Assembly: GCA_965243565.1 (NCBI GenBank)
Contig: OZ251571.1
Coordinates: forward strand, 1,096,704-1,160,703
Reading direction: 5' to 3'
From: Gammaproteobacteria bacterium
GTDB taxonomy: Bacteria; Pseudomonadota; Gammaproteobacteria; Tethybacterales; Persebacteraceae
Length of the DNA stretch: 64,000 nt
The translations under genes and the position numbers were made by a program. Below, piece by piece: positions 60,382 to 64,000 of the stretch. The notes under the pieces are model-generated. The model had not been told where the DNA came from and did no database searches. It saw nothing but the letters and a program-made list of their open reading frames with translations. Position 1 is the first letter of the stretch. Each line of letters starts with the position of its first letter.

Positions 60382-62085
60382 TTAGTGCTTTATAACTTCG
60401 TTTACCTCATCGTTTGGCAAATTCTTTACAATATGATCTCGCCTTTGTTTTTTCATATGTGGATCATTTTTAGTGATGTTTTTCACCAATACAACAAAAT
60501 CTTTTTTGATATCAACGCCGCCAACAGCATAACGCCGATGCAGACTTTGCTTAATTATATCCGCCAATTTTTGATACCCCATCTTATACAATTCATTGTA
60601 AACAGTTTTGTTATCATCACTCATATTAAAACGCAAAACATGAATCAGTTCTGCCATTAAAGCCACTTCTTGCTCACCCCCCGGCAGTGGCATAGCGGAG
60701 GGCAATTCTTCTATCAATAAAGGATCTGCCTCAAATATACAGAGCAAGTTAAATTGCTTGCTTTCGGGACGCATGATAAAGTTATTATGCGGACGCGATG
60801 CCGCAACAGTTTGTTTATTGGCAATTTTTTTAATGGTATCCGGTGCAATTTGAGTATATTGTGATATTTTTGTCAAAATTAATTGACGCAAAAAACCACC
60901 CTCACTCACCGAAATTAAACGCAACAAACGTTCCGCCTCTTCCATTACCTTGCTTTTTCTTCCCTCATCAGTGGTGATTGATTCAAATTTTTTATCGAGG
61001 CTATTGATGATAAATTCGCTTAATGATTGCGCGTTTTTAATACATACATCAAAGGCTTTGGCACCAAATTTTTGAATATAACTATCTGGATCATGCCCTT
61101 TTGGTAAAAACATAAATGATACTGATACGCCATCTTTTAGTGCGGGGAGCATGTTTTCCATCGCCCGTTGAGCACCCTTAGTGCCAGCTTCGTCACCATC
61201 ATAAGCAAAAACAATATTGTTTACGAGCTGAATGGCTTTTTTCATTTGTTCGGGTGTTGCCGCTGTCCCCATCGTCGCAACGCTTTCGGCATAACCATGT
61301 TGTGACAGCATAATAACATCCATATAACCTTCGCAAATAATAAGACGGTTATTGGCACGGGCGGCTTCCATTGCTTGCGGCATTCCAAACAAAATCCGCC
61401 GTTTAGAAAAATAAATACTATCAGGAGAATTTAAATACTTGGGCTCCGTTTTATCCAAACACCGCCCACCAAAACCAACCACCCGTTGACGTTGGTCGAT
61501 AATCGGAACCATTAATCGATGGCGAAAATAATCATATAAACGCCCATCTTTTTCGCGCACCAACCCTATATCCACCAATAATTTTTTATCTGATGTCGCT
61601 AATAAATCAGCCACATCAGTCCATTGATTACTAGCGTAGCCCAAAGAAAATCGTTTAATGGTGTCAGGATTGACTCCTCGCTTTTGCAAATACGCCAAGG
61701 TCTCTTTGTTTTTTTCAAGCAAACCTGCCCAATGCTGACTGACTTTTTTTAGCAATGCACTCGGGTCATGCACTTGATACGCTTGCTTTGTTCTGGGTAC
61801 GGGCATTGACATCAACGATGCCAGTGATTCAACGCCTAAAACAAAATCACCCCCATTTAAATGCACCATATAATCCAAGGCGTTGCCATGTTGCCCACAA
61901 CCAAAACAATGGTAATACCCTTTATCTGGATTAACCGAAAATGACGGGGTTTTTTCATTGTGAAAAGGACACAACCCAAACCAGTTATTGCCCTTTTTTT
62001 CTAATTTTACATAAGGACGTAATATCTCTACCACATCGCTGCGCTCGATTAATTGGTGAATAAACTCTTTAGGAATGGTTGACAT
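60382..62085 (-). CDS. dnaG: DNA primase
   Basis: CPFHNEKTPSF...CFGC Zn finger, KYLNSP, EGYMDV and DGDEAG. Confidence 0.96.
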   Translation of the reverse strand: MSTIPKEFIHQLIERSDVVEILRPYVKLEKKGNNWFGLCPFHNEKTPSFSVNPDKGYYHCFGCGQHGNALDYMVHLNGGDFVLGVESLASLMSMPVPRTKQAYQVHDPSALLKKVSQHWAGLLEKNKETLAYLQKRGVNPDTIKRFSLGYASNQWTDVADLLATSDKKLLVDIGLVREKDGRLYDYFRHRLMVPIIDQRQRVVGFGGRCLDKTEPKYLNSPDSIYFSKRRILFGMPQAMEAARANNRLIICEGYMDVIMLSQHGYAESVATMGTAATPEQMKKAIQLVNNIVFAYDGDEAGTKGAQRAMENMLPALKDGVSVSFMFLPKGHDPDSYIQKFGAKAFDVCIKNAQSLSEFIINSLDKKFESITTDEGRKSKVMEEAERLLRLISVSEGGFLRQLILTKISQYTQIAPDTIKKIANKQTVAASRPHNNFIMRPESKQFNLLCIFEADPLLIEELPSAMPLPGGEQEVALMAELIHVLRFNMSDDNKTVYNELYKMGYQKLADIIKQSLHRRYAVGGVDIKKDFVVLVKNITKNDPHMKKQRRDHIVKNLPNDEVNEVIKH

Positions 62086-62102
62086 GGTTTATAACAACAT
62101 TT

Positions 62103-62303
62103 TTAAATGAGTGATGACACCCCTAAAATCACTACTCCAGCAATAATTAAACCCATGCCGAATGTTCGAATTTGCCCTTCGGATAATTTTGCCATCTCTA
62201 GCATTTTATTTTGCCACATTTTTGGTGCAATAAAAGGCATAAAACCTTCTACGACAAATACACACGCCAAAATTATTAAAATAGTTTCAAACATATAAAT
62301 CAA
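62103..62303 (-). CDS. DUF2065 family small membrane protein
   Basis: V.EG.MPFIAP..W...IR.FG motif. Confidence 0.8.
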   Translation of the reverse strand: MIYMFETILIILACVFVVEGFMPFIAPKMWQNKMLEMAKLSEGQIRTFGMGLIIAGVVILGVSSLI

Positions 62304-63553
62304 TACAATAAATTATTTTCAAAAGGAAACGATGACAATAACTCTATTGCATCATCGGTAATAAGAACTTGTTGCTCTAATTTTACGCCCTCACTGCCCC
62401 CTTTTTCGCCAATATAACTCTCAACACAAAGAACCATTCCCGGCAATAAAACACCCTCATAGCCAGCATCTGAATAGTCGGCACGATGATACAAATACGG
62501 ATATTCCCCACTCATACCACAACCATGTGCCGATAAATAATAGCGATTGGTAAAATATTTATCAGCAATAGCCCATGCCTTATCAGCGTACTCACTAAAA
62601 TGCAAGCCCGCTTTTAAAATTCCTATATTATGGTGCACTTGTTCATGAGCTGCTTGGTACAGTGTTTTTTGCATGGCAGTCGGGGCATCAGGACCCACAT
62701 GAAAAGTACGAGAAAAATCAGCATAATACCCATGGCACCCCACCACATCGGTATCCAACGCCACCAATTCATTTTTATTAATCACTTTAGTCGCAGTCTC
62801 TTGAAACCATGGATTGGTACGTTGTCCAGAATTCAACAAACGAGTCTCAACATAATCACCATTATTGGCAATAACGGCTTGATGCAATACCGACCATAAT
62901 TCGTTTTCGGTCATTCCCGGTTTGATGGCTTGTTTTAATTGCTCTACACCTTTTTCGGTCGCACGCAGCGAAGCCTTAACGCATTTTAATTCTTCTGCCG
63001 ATTTTATTGCACGCGCTCTTTCTACTGCTGCTTGTGCATCGACAATAACAAAACCCTGCGTCGCCATTGCGATGGCAACGCCCGCATTCATACGCTCGAT
63101 ACCCACTACTTTATTACCACTACCAACCAATTCAACAATAGTCTGTGCCATTTTTTTTGCCCACTGCTTTTCGACCTCGGCAATGGCTTCACCTGCTGCC
63201 ACGTAGCTGGCAGTTACCGAAGGTCTCACCTCATCAATGGTTTCAAACCCATCTGCCAAATGCAGACATCCAGTAAATTCATACAAAATAGTGGTATCAG
63301 CCGTCAGCAGCAAATAACGCGATGGTGCATTACGAGACGTAAAAACCTGCATATTACGAGTACCAGTGGCATAACGAATATTAATCGCATCCGATAAAAT
63401 CAAAGCGTCGATACCACGTGCCTGCATTTCGCCGCGCACTCGTTGTAAGCGGTATTGACGCACTGCTTTTAAATCAATACCCTCGCTTTCAGGGGCGATA
63501 TCCAACAACGCTAATGCAGATAAATCAGTTCTATCCGCATGCCAATCTAACAT
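62300..63553 (-). CDS. dddP: M24 metallopeptidase-fold protein, DddP-type DMSP lyase-like
   Basis: NIRYAT..NMQ, ETRLLNSGQRTNPWFQE, DTD, D.SR, HG.G, GMVLCVE and KLE.QVLIT, as recalled for DddP; the activity is inferred. Confidence 0.65.
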   Translation of the reverse strand: MLDWHADRTDLSALALLDIAPESEGIDLKAVRQYRLQRVRGEMQARGIDALILSDAINIRYATGTRNMQVFTSRNAPSRYLLLTADTTILYEFTGCLHLADGFETIDEVRPSVTASYVAAGEAIAEVEKQWAKKMAQTIVELVGSGNKVVGIERMNAGVAIAMATQGFVIVDAQAAVERARAIKSAEELKCVKASLRATEKGVEQLKQAIKPGMTENELWSVLHQAVIANNGDYVETRLLNSGQRTNPWFQETATKVINKNELVALDTDVVGCHGYYADFSRTFHVGPDAPTAMQKTLYQAAHEQVHHNIGILKAGLHFSEYADKAWAIADKYFTNRYYLSAHGCGMSGEYPYLYHRADYSDAGYEGVLLPGMVLCVESYIGEKGGSEGVKLEQQVLITDDAIELLSSFPFENNLLY

Positions 63554-63589
63554 CGTATTTCTTTCTCTTATTGTTGTCGTCAGCAGCCA

Positions 63590-64000
63590 TTATTTTATTT
63601 TTTTAATGGGAATGTATAGGGTTGTTTTTAAATCGTTGACTGCTGTATCCAATGGCGTGTTTTCATAGATTTCGTAGGCATGGCGTTGTAGGTCAATTTG
63701 CATTTTTTTCATGCGAGCATGTGCATAGGCTTGCTTCCATGTGTAGCGTAAATATTCATACGCCCCTTGTTGCTCCACCACAAAATAATGACCACCAGCA
63801 ATGGTTTGCAAAAAATAACCTTCTGGGGCTTCGGTGTCTTCTTGCACCGGCACTGCTATATCAAAATTAAAATCTTGTCCAATTGTTTTTTTGTAAATCG
63901 CACACCTAACACTGCTTTGTTTGTTACCCACTGCTTTTAATAATTTGGGAAACTCTTTTTGCATAATCGATGCCATCTGATTGATATTTTCTATAAATGG
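63590..64000 (-). CDS. GyrI-like small-molecule-binding domain protein (partial; 5' end beyond window)
   Basis: GAYEYL..TW and YEIYENTP...L.T.LYIP motifs; the frame is open up to base 64000. Confidence 0.8.
   Translation of the reverse strand, partial: PFIENINQMASIMQKEFPKLLKAVGNKQSSVRCAIYKKTIGQDFNFDIAVPVQEDTEAPEGYFLQTIAGGHYFVVEQQGAYEYLRYTWKQAYAHARMKKMQIDLQRHAYEIYENTPLDTAVNDLKTTLYIPIKKIK

Noticed and set aside
1-64000. The many 60-190-aa ORFs overlapping larger genes, and tRNA/rRNA/tmRNA genes
   Set aside because: The overlapping ORFs are alternative-frame or antisense shadows of well-supported genes. No structural RNA signatures were recognised by eye; tRNAscan or Infernal would be decisive.

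Overview
AT-rich proteobacterial chromosome segment with a marine, methylamine/organosulfur-scavenging gene content. Many eroded genes and scrambled core synteny suggest a host-associated lineage; that is inference only. 0.2-5.7 kb: BCCT transporter, a 1.85-kb segment (class-III aminotransferase plus two truncated genes) bracketed by a 106-bp direct repeat of the deaD 3' end, then deaD. 5.9-22.4 kb is a layered defence/accessory hotspot: McrBC, an IS30-like scar, a ribE pseudogene, a BHMT-like methyltransferase, an EcoprrI-like type IC R-M system with the PrrC anticodon nuclease, and a decayed integron (intI N-terminal remnant, 3 intact and about 4 broken attC sites, cassette genes and pseudogenes). 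A 212-bp diverged direct repeat brackets most of this block. 22.5-64 kb is metabolism and housekeeping: typA, an MFS transporter, two convergent sarcosine-oxidase-family operons (soxDAG and soxBDAG), the DHPS sulfonate pathway (hpsN, Zn-ADH, suyAB), zipA-like/smc, fabF/acpP, moeB-like, trmJ, pyrD, rpsP-rimM-trmD, rpmE, ArnT-like, alkA-like, SDR, aroD, M17 peptidase, CMD, Rieske oxygenase, dnaG, a DddP-like protein and a GyrI-like gene cut by the window edge. The standout oddity is the second SoxD, which appears to carry a ~440-aa acidic tail with six 43-aa tandem repeats and recurring [ILV]PxW motifs, broken by a cluster of frameshifts. No rRNA, tRNA or CRISPR array was recognised. Family calls come from motif recognition without database searches; counts are from manual alignment.
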